A stretch of 64,000 nucleotides of DNA from a virus (taxonomy: Duplodnaviria; Caudoviricetes). The notes beneath the pieces were generated by a model. The model was not told the origin of the DNA. It did not search any database and worked only from the letters and a program-made list of their open reading frames with translations. Numbering within the stretch: position 1 is the first letter of the stretch; each line of letters starts with the position of its first letter. A program made the translations under genes and the position numbers. The stretch covers positions 8,733 through 72,732 of IMG/VR virus record IMGVR_UViG_3300009873_000009, one strand, 5' to 3'. Shown piece by piece: positions 26,830-36,821 of this stretch.

Positions 26830-29228
26830 TAGTAAAATCCTCCTTGAACGTACTGGAGGAGGATAACGTAAAGAGCGACCCGACCGCCAGACACATCTAC
26901 GAAACTTTCTAAAGTAGCAGCGCCCGCCAATAAAGAAGCGGCCGCGGTGTAGGTCGGGGTCTCGTGCTGGGCAAACGCAGACAACGTCGCACCGCTCACT
27001 GTCAACGAGGCCAAGGCCGTATAGGTGGGAAGACTGAACCCCACCGAGGCCGTGAGGACAGCACCCGCCACCAAAAGGGAGGAGGCGGCTGTGTAAGTTG
27101 GGGGGTCATGGTCTGCGAGCGCGCTCAAGACAGCAGGAGCGGTAGTCAATCCAGCCGAAGCGGTGTAGACAGGAGGGTCGTGCTCCACCGACGCCGACAA
27201 CTCTGCGGGAGCTGCCAGCAGCGCAACCGAAGCGGTGTAGACAGGAGGGTCGTGCTCCGCGCTCACGCTCAAAATAGCGGGTGCTGCAACCGCCACAACC
27301 GTCGCGGTATAGGTTGGATCACTGTAACTCGCAGCCGCCACAATCACAGCAGGAGCTGCCCCAAGATCAACAACAGCCGTGTAGACAGGAGGGTCATGCT
27401 CCGCAGAAGCGGCAAGAACAGCAGCTGCGGTTTCCATGGAAACCGCAGCTGTCTTCGTTCCCGCTTCAAACGTCACTGACGCAGCAAGGGTGGCGGCGGT
27501 GGCCATCAACGCAGCCGAGGCGGTGTAGACAGGAGGGTCATGGTCTGCCGAAGCCGCAAGAACAGTGGGTGTGACAATCAACGCAGCCGAAGCGGAGTAG
27601 ACAGGAGGGTCGTGCTCCGCCGACGCTGCTAGTGTTGCAGCCGCGGCAACCAATGCGGCAGACGCAGTATAAGTAGAAGGTCCGCCAGAAAAGGAAGCCG
27701 AAGCCGCAAGAGTAGCGGCCCCCACAGTAAGACCCGCCACCGCAGTAAACGGACCTGAGGAGTAGCCCACCGCATAGGCGATGGAGCTGGCGTTCTCAAA
27801 CTTAACCTGCAACAAACCATCCGAGTCAGTGTAGCAGGCGAACGCGGCAGTGCTCCGAAAGTCACTATAGAGGTCGTCGCTGCTTCCCTTCGTTCGCACC
27901 GCCCAGCTGACGGCAGCATTGGTAGTGAGACGAGCAGCGAGTCCGAATATACAGATCTCTGACTCCACGGCATCGACATACAAACGAGGAGCGTCTTGCG
28001 GGGACGAGTTCTCGGACATGCGGAAATTGAAGTCCCGCGTGGCTGTGGCGCTTCCCTGGATGATGACACTCACAGCGTTATTGTTACTCCAGCCGGGCCT
28101 AGCCAGCACCTCGTGCACGGGACCGCTTATGTCGATGAGAATCCACTTAGCGGCAACCACGCCCAAGTCGGCCACGCTGAACGTGACCGACGCAGTAGTG
28201 CGAGTGCGTCCACTGATGTCACTCGCTGCCGTTGTGAACGTAGCTGAGTCATCTACGTCCTCACACCAAATCGTAATATCGGGTTCGTCAGTTCCGGAGC
28301 CTCCGACCCTCACGGCCAAGTAGACCTTCGGGGTGGAGCCGTTACTCTCGTCAAAGTTATCAAACCGTAAGCCGACCCAATCCGTCGTAGCGTCTAGGTC
28401 GTTTGTGCTGGTCACACCCGTGAGCGTGACAGTCGTACCAATCTGGTGCGCATCGTCACTGCCGGCCGCGATCAAGTATTCTCGACGCCGAACGGGGAAA
28501 CAGTCCGAGTAGCTGCCAGCCGCTCCGTTGTGGTGAATCGGCTGCGAATTCACGAATCCGACGAAGCCGGAATGCAGCCAGCCCGAAAGCTGAAACTCTG
28601 CCGAGCTGGTGGAGGTGTTGTAAGCTTCGTATATCTCATTGGCGTCGAGAACCACCCACGCGCCAGTACCGCTAGGAGGGGACGCCCCGCCGGAGGTCGG
28701 ATAGAAAGTGTCCTCGTCGTCCGTACTGCCGTTGCAGCGGACTCCCGCCCGCGTGGCACCGGGTGTCATTCCATTGTCTCGTGAGATCACCAAGAAGGCG
28801 AGCTTAGCTATTTCACTTCCCGTGTCGCCGCTGATGTCTACGTCGCCCCAGGCGTCCGAGCCGCCGGAATCTATGACGCGATTGGTCAGTCCTGTTCCTT
28901 CCGAGAGGAGCACCTCCTTGTGCAGCCAGAGGTGGATGCCGGTTCCAGAGCTAAGCGCCTGGACTTTCGCCTCCAGTATGTCCCCACTGTCCACCTTCAC
29001 GAAGATGTCCGTCTGAGCGTTAGGCGGAATCAGAAGGTAGTGGTCGTCCGTGCTCCCGTTGCAACGGAGGCCCACGGAACGAGTATTGCTGATATTCGTG
29101 TTCTGAACTCGGATGATAACGCCGGCTAGATTGCCGGCGTTCTGGACGAGGGATGACACGTCCACGTCATAGTAGTTTGTGCCGTCCCGCGTAGGGGTCA
29201 CGTCCACGGGTGCTATGTCAAGAGGCAT
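26829..29228 (-). CDS. large virion protein (fibre/decoration-like) with ~27-aa HDPPxYTA repeats
   Basis: 799 aa; N-terminal beta domains with a repeated R(C/T)xGS(T/S)DD motif; C-terminal Ala-rich tandem repeats. Confidence 0.65.
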   Translation of the reverse strand: MPLDIAPVDVTPTRDGTNYYDVDVSSLVQNAGNLAGVIIRVQNTNISNTRSVGLRCNGSTDDHYLLIPPNAQTDIFVKVDSGDILEAKVQALSSGTGIHLWLHKEVLLSEGTGLTNRVIDSGGSDAWGDVDISGDTGSEIAKLAFLVISRDNGMTPGATRAGVRCNGSTDDEDTFYPTSGGASPPSGTGAWVVLDANEIYEAYNTSTSSAEFQLSGWLHSGFVGFVNSQPIHHNGAAGSYSDCFPVRRREYLIAAGSDDAHQIGTTVTLTGVTSTNDLDATTDWVGLRFDNFDESNGSTPKVYLAVRVGGSGTDEPDITIWCEDVDDSATFTTAASDISGRTRTTASVTFSVADLGVVAAKWILIDISGPVHEVLARPGWSNNNAVSVIIQGSATATRDFNFRMSENSSPQDAPRLYVDAVESEICIFGLAARLTTNAAVSWAVRTKGSSDDLYSDFRSTAAFACYTDSDGLLQVKFENASSIAYAVGYSSGPFTAVAGLTVGAATLAASASFSGGPSTYTASAALVAAAATLAASAEHDPPVYSASAALIVTPTVLAASADHDPPVYTASAALMATAATLAASVTFEAGTKTAAVSMETAAAVLAASAEHDPPVYTAVVDLGAAPAVIVAAASYSDPTYTATVVAVAAPAILSVSAEHDPPVYTASVALLAAPAELSASVEHDPPVYTASAGLTTAPAVLSALADHDPPTYTAASSLLVAGAVLTASVGFSLPTYTALASLTVSGATLSAFAQHETPTYTAAASLLAGAATLESFVDVSGGRVALYVILLQYVQGGFY
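26900..27760 (-). repeat. about 11 imperfect ~81-bp coding tandem repeats
   Basis: Recurrent GTGTAGACAGGAGGGTC(G/A)TG on the + strand encoding HDPPVYT. Confidence 0.8.
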
Positions 29229-29229
29229 G

Positions 29230-29838
29230 TTAGCGGACTACCTCCACTTCTATGCCCGCAGCTTTAAGAGCTTCCAGTCTAACCGCCGACGCCGCCCGCT
29301 TGCTTACAGTGCGAGGCTGTCCATTCACGTCTGTGCTTTCGCGGTCCAGGTCTGCATACCGCTCCTGCACTGGCAGAGTGTCGTGATATGCCGCCCTCGC
29401 CTGTGTAAGCTGCTCGTCAAGGGCCGATTGCAGCCGCTCGAATAGCTGCTTGGCCGTCATGGCAAGAAGTGTCACGCGGCCTTGGAGATCAATACTGCGC
29501 GTGCGGCTGGGATCGCCGGGCACAACGTCGTAGACGATGCCGTCCTTGCCGGGGAAGGGATGCGAGACGCCCGATTGCCAGCCGTTGGCCCAATAGTGCT
29601 TGCCAGTCGTGCCGAACGAGCGAAGGTGTGTGTTGGCGGGCTGCTGCTCTTGCCGCGTGATCGCAGAGACGATCTCCTTTCCGTCGGCATCCAGAATGGC
29701 GGGCCGTACAATGACCGTGGCCCACTCCCATCTCCGGTCCCCGTAATAGCAACGATTCAGTCTCTCGCGAGCGGCCTCGAATGGCGGGTCGGTGACGCGG
29801 CGAACCCGCTCGAATTTGATGCGACTGTAATTGGACAT
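29230..29838 (-). CDS. hypothetical protein
   Basis: 202-aa ORF abutting its neighbours. Confidence 0.55.
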   Translation of the reverse strand: MSNYSRIKFERVRRVTDPPFEAARERLNRCYYGDRRWEWATVIVRPAILDADGKEIVSAITRQEQQPANTHLRSFGTTGKHYWANGWQSGVSHPFPGKDGIVYDVVPGDPSRTRSIDLQGRVTLLAMTAKQLFERLQSALDEQLTQARAAYHDTLPVQERYADLDRESTDVNGQPRTVSKRAASAVRLEALKAAGIEVEVVR

Positions 29839-30242
29839 TACGGTTCAACGTAGAGGTAGATATCCCCTTCTTTCTCCGCGCCCGCGCCCGCGATCACAAG
29901 GTTCAATTCGTCCGCGAGAGCAACAGGAGCTGCGGAGCTCACCGCGTCCACAATCGTCTCCACTCCGGGAGCGATGGTCTCAGCTTCCGTTGCCGAGCGG
30001 TCAGCCCCCTGTCCGTTCAGTACGTCATAGCCCGCACTGTCCAGGAGGGTGACGTCATAGTCCGCGTCCGGAGCCGGGTCGCCTGGCGCGAACGACACCC
30101 GCCGGAGGATACCGGAGATGTAGCTGGTGGTGACATCCACCGCCCCGCTGCCATCGCTCACCCAATGAAGGTGATACTTCAGCAGCCGGTTAAGAGGATT
30201 GCCGACGAGGACTTCTTCCATGGAGCCGGCCATAGCTAACAC
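29838..30242 (-). CDS. hypothetical structural protein
   Basis: Beta-rich 130-134 aa ORF in the late operon. Confidence 0.55.
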   Translation of the reverse strand: MLAMAGSMEEVLVGNPLNRLLKYHLHWVSDGSGAVDVTTSYISGILRRVSFAPGDPAPDADYDVTLLDSAGYDVLNGQGADRSATEAETIAPGVETIVDAVSSAAPVALADELNLVIAGAGAEKEGDIYLYVEP

Positions 30243-30270
30243 TCCGGAGGGGGTCGAGAATCAAAACGGA

Positions 30271-30978
30271 CTACAGCTTATCGTTCGTCAGGGGCTCACG
30301 ATCGAGCTCCAGCTCGGTGGCGTGCCACAGCAGATGGAACAGCATGTCCCGAAGCTCGGTGCTTTCCAGAGCGGGCTTCGGGACTCGAGGAGTGCCACGA
30401 ATCTCATCCTCGAAGGTCTTCTGGACGAGAGCCGAGCACTCGACCCACTCGTCGTAGGAGCCGGTCGAGAACGCTTCAAACACAGCCCGCAGTGCCATGT
30501 CGTACGTCTTGTCATCCACCCGCTGCAAAGCAGCCAAGACTTCCCGATACTGCGCCCCCGCGGGCGAAGCCGCGAAGTCCTTGGCCCATTGCGGCATCAC
30601 CGAATCGTAGATCGCGCCGCGGAGGGACAGCCGCCACGCTTCCAGCTTGTCCCCATTGCGTCGTGCCTCCTCGACCTGGACACCGTCAAAGACGGCCTGC
30701 ATCATCTTCAGCTCATCCTTCCACGGGATGGCGTCAAAGAGACGCTTGGCGATCTCCGAATCCAGATCAATAATGATCCCCCGCCCGCTCGGATGGGGAC
30801 GTCCCTCGCCGGTGGACTCCGGTTCCTCCCACCAGGCTTTGACGCAAGCGAGGAGATACCTGGCCCAATCCCCGACCTGGGACTTGGGATCGAGGCCGTC
30901 CACGAGCTGGGTATAGTGCGCCAGGATGGCGTCTGTAAGCGGCGGAGCGAAGCTCCCGCCGAATCGTTGCTTGGCCAT
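30271..30978 (-). CDS. hypothetical protein
   Basis: 235-aa ORF in the late operon. Confidence 0.55.
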   Translation of the reverse strand: MAKQRFGGSFAPPLTDAILAHYTQLVDGLDPKSQVGDWARYLLACVKAWWEEPESTGEGRPHPSGRGIIIDLDSEIAKRLFDAIPWKDELKMMQAVFDGVQVEEARRNGDKLEAWRLSLRGAIYDSVMPQWAKDFAASPAGAQYREVLAALQRVDDKTYDMALRAVFEAFSTGSYDEWVECSALVQKTFEDEIRGTPRVPKPALESTELRDMLFHLLWHATELELDREPLTNDKL

Positions 30979-30979
30979 G

Positions 30980-31384
30980 TTAGCTGATGGGCTGGGTGAG
31001 GGTCATGCTGCTGATGGCAATCGTGCCACCAGCCACGATGACGTTGTTGTCGAAGTCATAATCACCACTGCCCTGGCCGCACGTGGCGTCGGCCAGGACG
31101 TTGAGGTCGCTATCCGTGATGGTGGCGGTAAGCGCGGTTCCGCTGTTGTCCGCACTGGTATCGCTGGAGATGGCACTCGCTGTAGCAACGCCCGTTGAGG
31201 CGTTACCGAAGGCGGGATCGCTGAAGGTAAGCGTTCCCAAGATCGTGCCATACGTCCCACCGACTGAGCCGGGCTGCGTGCCGGTGTAGATCTTGGTCGT
31301 GCCAGCGCCCGACCCTTGGTCGATGGTATCCACGATGCCGTTGCAACCGTTGTTGCGCATCGTGGTTCCGAGTCGAAGTGCCAT
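30980..31384 (-). CDS. small structural protein (minor tail/decoration-like)
   Basis: KIYTGTQP...GT.LGTLTFSDPAF...ATASAI, G.G.GD..FDN..IVAG. Confidence 0.6.
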   Translation of the reverse strand: MALRLGTTMRNNGCNGIVDTIDQGSGAGTTKIYTGTQPGSVGGTYGTILGTLTFSDPAFGNASTGVATASAISSDTSADNSGTALTATITDSDLNVLADATCGQGSGDYDFDNNVIVAGGTIAISSMTLTQPIS

Positions 31385-31431
31385 AAGGATAACTCCTGAC
31401 CAGCGGTTTCAGTGGTGGACGTTCTCGTCGG

Positions 31432-31907
31432 CTAATCCGACAAGGCCAAGATCAGCTTCTTCACCGCCTTGGCGTCGATGCCGTTGCCCTTCTTGAGCGG
31501 CTTGTCGGGACGGTCGTTGTCCGTGACGAAGTGGACGTCGCCCTTCAGGAAAACGTGGAGGCCCGCCTTCTCCGCTCCCGGGAACAGGTCGGTGACGTCG
31601 TCTCCGAGAGCGCTAGACGTCACCGCGGGAGCGGTCTTGTCCTTCGCGTCCTTCTCGGGAGCCGGGCTCGGCGAGGGGGCGGAGGCGGCCGCAACGGTGG
31701 CGCGCGGCTCCGTGACCTCGTCGGGAGCGGTCACTTCGGGAACACCCGCTGCGAACCGCTCGAATTTTTCCTTGCCGAAAATCTTGTCCAGAGGGAGCGG
31801 GCTGTCAAACACCACGTCCGGCCCCTTGGGAAGTTTCTTGTACGACACCGTCTGACCATTCGGCAGGGTCTCGGTGTGTCCTCCGACGAGCAACTTGAAG
31901 CGCGGCA
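31432..31907 (-). CDS. hypothetical protein downstream of capsid gene
   Basis: MPRFKLLVGGH... start after a GGAG RBS. Confidence 0.55.
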
Positions 31908-31939
31908 TCTTCTTGGTCTCCTGATGCGCTGTTATTAGG

Positions 31940-31974
31940 AAAAGACCGGCGGGGTATGTATACCCCGCCGGTCT
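31940..31974 (-). terminator. intrinsic terminator after major capsid gene
   Basis: Perfect inverted repeat AGACCGGCGGGGTA/TACCCCGCCGGTCT followed by TTT on the - strand. Confidence 0.75.
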
Positions 31975-32006
31975 CGGGAAGCCTATCAATCAACCGCCCT
32001 CAGATG

Positions 32007-33065
32007 CTAGGCGGTCGCGCCATGCACGATCCCGCAGTTGCCGTTGTAGTCGGCCCGAACCTGCGGAACCCAGATGCACATGACCTTATAGTGCAGCTGA
32101 AGTCCGCCCTTGGACTCCCACTGCACCGTGGTCATTTCCATCCCGCTCACCGCGCGGACGACGTCGTTCGTCATCTGCACGAGGAGCAGGTCGTAGTTCT
32201 CGAGGTAGTCGAGAGTGCGGCAATCCTGAATGCCGTCGATCTTCTTCAGCCGCTCGCGGAGCGTGAGGTCGCCCTTCGCGGCCGAATAGTCGTCATCCAT
32301 GTATGCATCCCAGCTGGGGGAGCAATACAGCATCCAGGGACCGTAGTGGAAGTCGGCTTGGCTCTTCGCCTTCATGGCAAGCACCTGGCCGACGAGAGTG
32401 GCCGGCGTCCAACCGCCGGACGTCGGAGACGTCAGCGTATGGGTGTTCCGGCTGGGGAAGTTCTTGAGGCCGTAGATCGTACCGCCGCCATAGGCGTACG
32501 TGTCGGCGACACCGATCGTCAGCTTCTCCACTTCCTCCGCCACTCGACGAGCCGCGAGCTCAGCGCTCGTGGTGTCGAGGGGGCTTCCGCCACTCCGGCT
32601 CGCCGCGATCTGGCGGGCGGTGAAGCTGAAGTCCTTGTGGATGATCGGCAGCGGCAGGTTCGTGAGATCGAACAGCGGCCGATCGTTGTCACCTTCGCGG
32701 ACGCCGTCCATCGAGATGATGGCCGGACCGATGTCGGACTGGCGTTCGGTCTCCAGGACCGTCTTGCCCATGCCGTTCGGAATGCTGAAGCTGAGACCCG
32801 CGCCCCGGATGTCGGCCCAGGCGCGGAGGCGGGGCTTGGCCGCCTTCACGATGGCCTCGTCCAGAATCTTCCAATCGTCCTTGCGCAGGGTGGCGGGAGT
32901 GTTCGTGACGATCACTTCCACCTTCCCATTGCGCACGACGTTGCGGTACATCCGACCGTCGTCGCCCATCCACGGACGGAGGACGTTGTGGTCAAAGCCC
33001 GCATTCATCAAGATCGTGGCTACGTCGCCATGACCCTGACCATTCATGACAAAATCGAGGTTCAC
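32007..33065 (-). CDS. major capsid protein (HK97 fold, encapsulin/linocin M18-like)
   Basis: TLRKDDWKILDEAI, LPLPIIHKDF.F..RQ..ASR...LDT, GPWMLY, F-site ...MCIWVPQVR; follows the protease and decoration genes. Confidence 0.85.
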   Translation of the reverse strand: MNLDFVMNGQGHGDVATILMNAGFDHNVLRPWMGDDGRMYRNVVRNGKVEVIVTNTPATLRKDDWKILDEAIVKAAKPRLRAWADIRGAGLSFSIPNGMGKTVLETERQSDIGPAIISMDGVREGDNDRPLFDLTNLPLPIIHKDFSFTARQIAASRSGGSPLDTTSAELAARRVAEEVEKLTIGVADTYAYGGGTIYGLKNFPSRNTHTLTSPTSGGWTPATLVGQVLAMKAKSQADFHYGPWMLYCSPSWDAYMDDDYSAAKGDLTLRERLKKIDGIQDCRTLDYLENYDLLLVQMTNDVVRAVSGMEMTTVQWESKGGLQLHYKVMCIWVPQVRADYNGNCGIVHGATA

Positions 33066-33138
33066 AGTGCTGTCCTTTCAGTAAGGGCTATGGCAACCAA
33101 TCCACCACGACGAGTGAGGGACGGGACTGCTCTATTTG

Positions 33139-34050
33139 CTAGGCCGCGCGGGCCTTGATGAACGCCTCGGAACTGCCGGCGCTGTTGTCGACCGCCTCCA
33201 CCGCGACCGCCACAAGCTGCGTCGCCGAGCGCGAACGCTCGACCACGAGCTGGGTAAGCTCGGCTTCGTTGTCAGCGTGAGCCGCCGACCAGTCGGCATT
33301 GATGGCGATCTCGATGCCGGCCGTGGTATCGGTCGTCGTCTCCTCCTTGAAGAACGGCTTGGCCGTGACGGTCCCGGGAACACCGAGAGCCTGCACGCCC
33401 TGCGCCGTATACTTGCCGGAGGCGCCCACCGCTCGAAAGACGAGGATGGCTTCGAAGTAGCCGACGTCCCCGTCCGCCACGTCCACCGCGCCGGTGGTGG
33501 CGATGGTGACGTTGCCAACCTGAAGCAGCAGCGTCAGAGTGTCGGTGCTGTTGTTGTCGTTCACCGTCACCTGACCGCGAATCTTGATGATGTCGCCGGC
33601 CTGGAGGGTGTTCGCCGGGATGGTGTAGGACTTGTCAAAGTCCGCCGCATCCGTGGTGTTCTCATGCTCGGCGCTATCCGCCGTGTTGGCGTACAGAACC
33701 GTGTCCGCGATCTGAGCGGACTTGACCAAGCAGCCATCACCGTTGGAGACCAGCGGGTCTCCAATCACCACCGCGGCCGCATTGGCAGGGAGACGCGCCT
33801 GGACAACGTCACCCGGCTTGCATACGGCCACGGGGACAATGTCGTCCTCGGCGTACGCATCCGTGATGGTCTTGCCCTGGAGTGCGTCCTCCTTGGCGAA
33901 CAGGCGCTCGGCCCATCCGCCGGGCATGGCGTGCTTCTTCACCTTGCCGGTGGAGAGAAGCGTGAGCAGGTGGCCGGGCTTCAGCGCGGCGGATGCGGGA
34001 TACTCCTCATGCGCCGGGCAGCCCTTGACCTCAATACGATTCAGGGACAT
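33139..34050 (-). CDS. capsid decoration/cement protein with inserted beta domain
   Basis: A.AALKPGHLL...G.VKKH, D.YAEDD.V....PGD..QARL, IGD.LVSNGDG.L; lies between the protease and MCP genes. Confidence 0.65.
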   Translation of the reverse strand: MSLNRIEVKGCPAHEEYPASAALKPGHLLTLLSTGKVKKHAMPGGWAERLFAKEDALQGKTITDAYAEDDIVPVAVCKPGDVVQARLPANAAAVVIGDPLVSNGDGCLVKSAQIADTVLYANTADSAEHENTTDAADFDKSYTIPANTLQAGDIIKIRGQVTVNDNNSTDTLTLLLQVGNVTIATTGAVDVADGDVGYFEAILVFRAVGASGKYTAQGVQALGVPGTVTAKPFFKEETTTDTTAGIEIAINADWSAAHADNEAELTQLVVERSRSATQLVAVAVEAVDNSAGSSEAFIKARAA

Positions 34051-34117
34051 AGATCAATCTCCGAAGGGGTTTCCAAAACGAATCACAACGGGGCTAGCCA
34101 GGGGCTAGAGAGGTTGT

Positions 34118-35575
34118 CTACTTCTTCTCGAAGTTGAAGACGGGGCCGGGCAGCGGCTCCTCCTTCACCGGGGCCGCATTGGTCTGCGGGGCACCCGCGG
34201 CTCCGAGGAACGACGGCGTGTACGCCGGCGCGGCACTGCCGTTCGCAGCGGGGGCCGTCGGGGTTGCGAGCTCGGCCAGCGCCTGAAGCTCACCGAGCTC
34301 CTTGGTGGTAAGCTGCTCCTTGGTGAAGCGGTTCTTGCTGTTGGCCGTGATGACGGCGATCAGACGGTCCCGCTCGGCGTTGTACGCCACGAGCCCATTC
34401 TGGAGCATGCCACGCATCTCCGGCGGAGCCTGGGCGATGAACTGTTCCGGCGTCTGCTTCGCGTTCGCGGCGGGGGCCGCAGGCGCAGGCGTGGTTGCCG
34501 GCGGGAGGGTGGTGGTCGTTTCCGGGACCGGATCTTCGGCGTTCTTCACGACCTTGTCGAAAAGGCCGTCGGGCATCTCCATCAGAGACTTCCGATCGGA
34601 CTCATCGAACTTCTTGTTGACGATGAGCTGGTTGACACGCTGCTCGCGGTTCATAGAACTGCTCTCCTGGTGAGGGGGTTGAGCCGCATTCCGAGCAACG
34701 CCGTCAGCGGCTTTCCAATCTGTTACGCGACGAACCTCTGTGGGCAAGCCAGTCAGAGACGCTTTGCCGTCCTTGATGGTGTAACCCTGGCGGAAGAACG
34801 TGCCGTCTTTGGAGTAGACGAAGTCGCTATCGAAGACATCTTCCACCCACACCGGCATCGGCTTGTCATTCAAACCGAACTTGTCCACCAGCATTTGATA
34901 AAGCAGCTGCGTAATTTCCTGGAAGCTCATCTCGTGCAGGATGAGACCCGACCGATGCGCCATGCGGGAAACGGCTTGCGCCATCGCCCGCTGCACCGCC
35001 GGGTCTTTCAACTGCGCTTCGTTGAGCCGCAGGAAACCAGCACCGTCCGCGATCGAGCACGCCCCGATCTTGTCCGGCAGGAGCGCGAGATGGTCGGGCT
35101 TGTAGTTGCGAGCGATGGCCCGATAGGCCTCCCCGCGCCACTCCCCCTCCTTGTCCTCGTTCTCCGTGAACAACCCGGTCGAGAGCTCCATCACTTCGTT
35201 GCGCTCGATGGCTTCGAGAACCCGCAGGTCCACTTCCTTCGCGCGCTGCTCGTCAATCCAGGCTTCCGCCGTCAGCTTGCCGTTCTTGTAGGCGGTGTTC
35301 ATCACCACCCCGACCTTGCGGGTCGTGAGAATGACAGGGTCGCAAGCGGAAACGCCGCGGCCGTCCTTCTCAGGATGGTAGACCACCACCGGCTTGTGGT
35401 TCCAGACTTCCGGAAACTTCGCAAGCTCGTCGCTAGGGTACAGCAGGGGTCCATTGCTTCCAGCGTGCACACCCTCCGTCATCATGACCATCGGGACGAC
35501 GAGATAGTCTCGCCCTTCCATCTTGTCGTGGCGGACAAGGCCGGTCAAGTTCGTGACGATGCGTTGCAGAATCAT
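34118..35575 (-). CDS. prohead protease/scaffold (DUF2213-like)
   Basis: PVVVYHP, ELSTG, RNYKPDHLALLPD..GACS..DG.G; helical scaffold-like C-terminus. Confidence 0.8.
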   Translation of the reverse strand: MILQRIVTNLTGLVRHDKMEGRDYLVVPMVMMTEGVHAGSNGPLLYPSDELAKFPEVWNHKPVVVYHPEKDGRGVSACDPVILTTRKVGVVMNTAYKNGKLTAEAWIDEQRAKEVDLRVLEAIERNEVMELSTGLFTENEDKEGEWRGEAYRAIARNYKPDHLALLPDKIGACSIADGAGFLRLNEAQLKDPAVQRAMAQAVSRMAHRSGLILHEMSFQEITQLLYQMLVDKFGLNDKPMPVWVEDVFDSDFVYSKDGTFFRQGYTIKDGKASLTGLPTEVRRVTDWKAADGVARNAAQPPHQESSSMNREQRVNQLIVNKKFDESDRKSLMEMPDGLFDKVVKNAEDPVPETTTTLPPATTPAPAAPAANAKQTPEQFIAQAPPEMRGMLQNGLVAYNAERDRLIAVITANSKNRFTKEQLTTKELGELQALAELATPTAPAANGSAAPAYTPSFLGAAGAPQTNAAPVKEEPLPGPVFNFEKK

Positions 35576-35629
35576 AAAACCACTGCTCCCGAAGAAGGCC
35601 TGAATATCCCCTAGCACTTCGGATGATGT

Positions 35630-36202
35630 CTAGGGACTGGCGATTATTGGTGGACTAACCGCTGGTGGGATTGTCGTGCTCGTGCTTGTGGTAGTCGGTT
35701 CCGGTGTTGTGGTGGTGGCTACCACCGAATTGGTTTCCACCTTGGTTGATACCGTGGTGTGACCATCCTGTTGCCGGACCTTCACTTGCACCGACTCCTC
35801 CTTGCCCTTCTGATCCGTCAGCAACCCATCCAAGCTCCGACTGAGAATGGGAGGGATAGGCACTCCTGCCTTCCGGGCGTTCTCCAGCACGCTCAGCCCT
35901 TCGTTGATGACGAAGAAGCCGGCGGTGAGCTTAGACAGGGGAAGGTCGGGTTGCATGGATTCGAGCGCGGCCGCCGCTCCAATGATAAGCAGGATCGAGC
36001 ACTTACGCATCATCCCCACGAAACTGACCTTGCTGGAAAGCTCTCCTTGTACGACCGCCGCACACATCCCGGACGCCACGTCCAGGACCATCATGACCAG
36101 CAGCAGCCCAATCATTGGATATTGGGCGTATTGATGTAACGCCCATTCCGTCCATGCGTCCATGGGAACTGTAGCAAGTAGGGGTGTCATAGGGAATAGC
36201 AC
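35630..36202 (-). CDS. holin (phage holin family 4-like) with Thr/Pro-rich tail
   Basis: LDVASG..AA....LSSK...GMMRK, FF.INEGLSVLENA...GVPIP..L. Confidence 0.82.
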   Translation of the reverse strand: MLFPMTPLLATVPMDAWTEWALHQYAQYPMIGLLLVMMVLDVASGMCAAVVQGELSSKVSFVGMMRKCSILLIIGAAAALESMQPDLPLSKLTAGFFVINEGLSVLENARKAGVPIPPILSRSLDGLLTDQKGKEESVQVKVRQQDGHTTVSTKVETNSVVATTTTPEPTTTSTSTTIPPAVSPPIIASP

Positions 36203-36261
36203 CAGGCTGGCGGGTCGCTACTCCCGCCAGCCAACTAAGAAACTATGACCCGCAGCGAGGA

Positions 36262-36648
36262 TCAGGCTCGACCGAACAGTCGAGCAAACAGGTTGCGGAT
36301 GGCGCCGAAGCCTCGACGAACCGGCTGGCGATTGGCGAAGAACGTCCTCACCGGACGCGCCGCAACAATGGTTCTGATCGGACCTCCCGAGGCCGAGCAC
36401 GAACCTCCGTGACAGGACACGAACTCCTCGACTCCGGGGGCCTGTGAGACTGGTGCAGGATCGGGGAGACCGTCCCACGCCTTGGCGACCGGCTCGCTGA
36501 TCACAGACAGGAACACGGTATGATCCACCGTCTCGAAGGACGCCGCCGCCTGCGGCTCGCTCGCCGTATCGAACAAGCTCGCATCCGCTGCCTTCGCCGT
36601 TCCGGCCCACGCCATACACGCCAGCACACACGCGATCAAATCTCGCAT
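36262..36648 (-). CDS. secreted protein with Arg-rich amphipathic C-terminus
   Basis: Signal peptide MRDLIACVLACMAWAGTAKA; SCHGGSC; ARPVRTFFANRQPVRRGF. Confidence 0.6.
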   Translation of the reverse strand: MRDLIACVLACMAWAGTAKAADASLFDTASEPQAAASFETVDHTVFLSVISEPVAKAWDGLPDPAPVSQAPGVEEFVSCHGGSCSASGGPIRTIVAARPVRTFFANRQPVRRGFGAIRNLFARLFGRA

Positions 36649-36662
36649 AGCAAAATCTCCTG

Positions 36663-36812
36663 TTAAGGGGAACAGAAAAGCCAGACTCCAAGCTGCCAGA
36701 TCGCCGCCAGGATCACAAACGCAAACAGCACGAGGACAGGAAAGCCGCAACCGCCCGAGGAGGCAGCGCCGCTCCAATCGTAACCGCCGAAGCGTTCGTC
36801 TGATGGGATCAT
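36663..36812 (-). CDS. small membrane peptide
   Basis: MIPSDERFGGYDWSGAASSGGCGFPVLVLFAFVILAAIWQLGVWLFCSP; not in the ORF track. Confidence 0.45.
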   Translation of the reverse strand: MIPSDERFGGYDWSGAASSGGCGFPVLVLFAFVILAAIWQLGVWLFCSP

Positions 36813-36821
36813 GGGTTTGAG

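Noticed and set aside
36205-36232. 10-bp hairpin upstream of the holin gene as a terminator
   Set aside because: No U-tract on the coding strand; it may be an RNA stability or processing hairpin but this cannot be supported.
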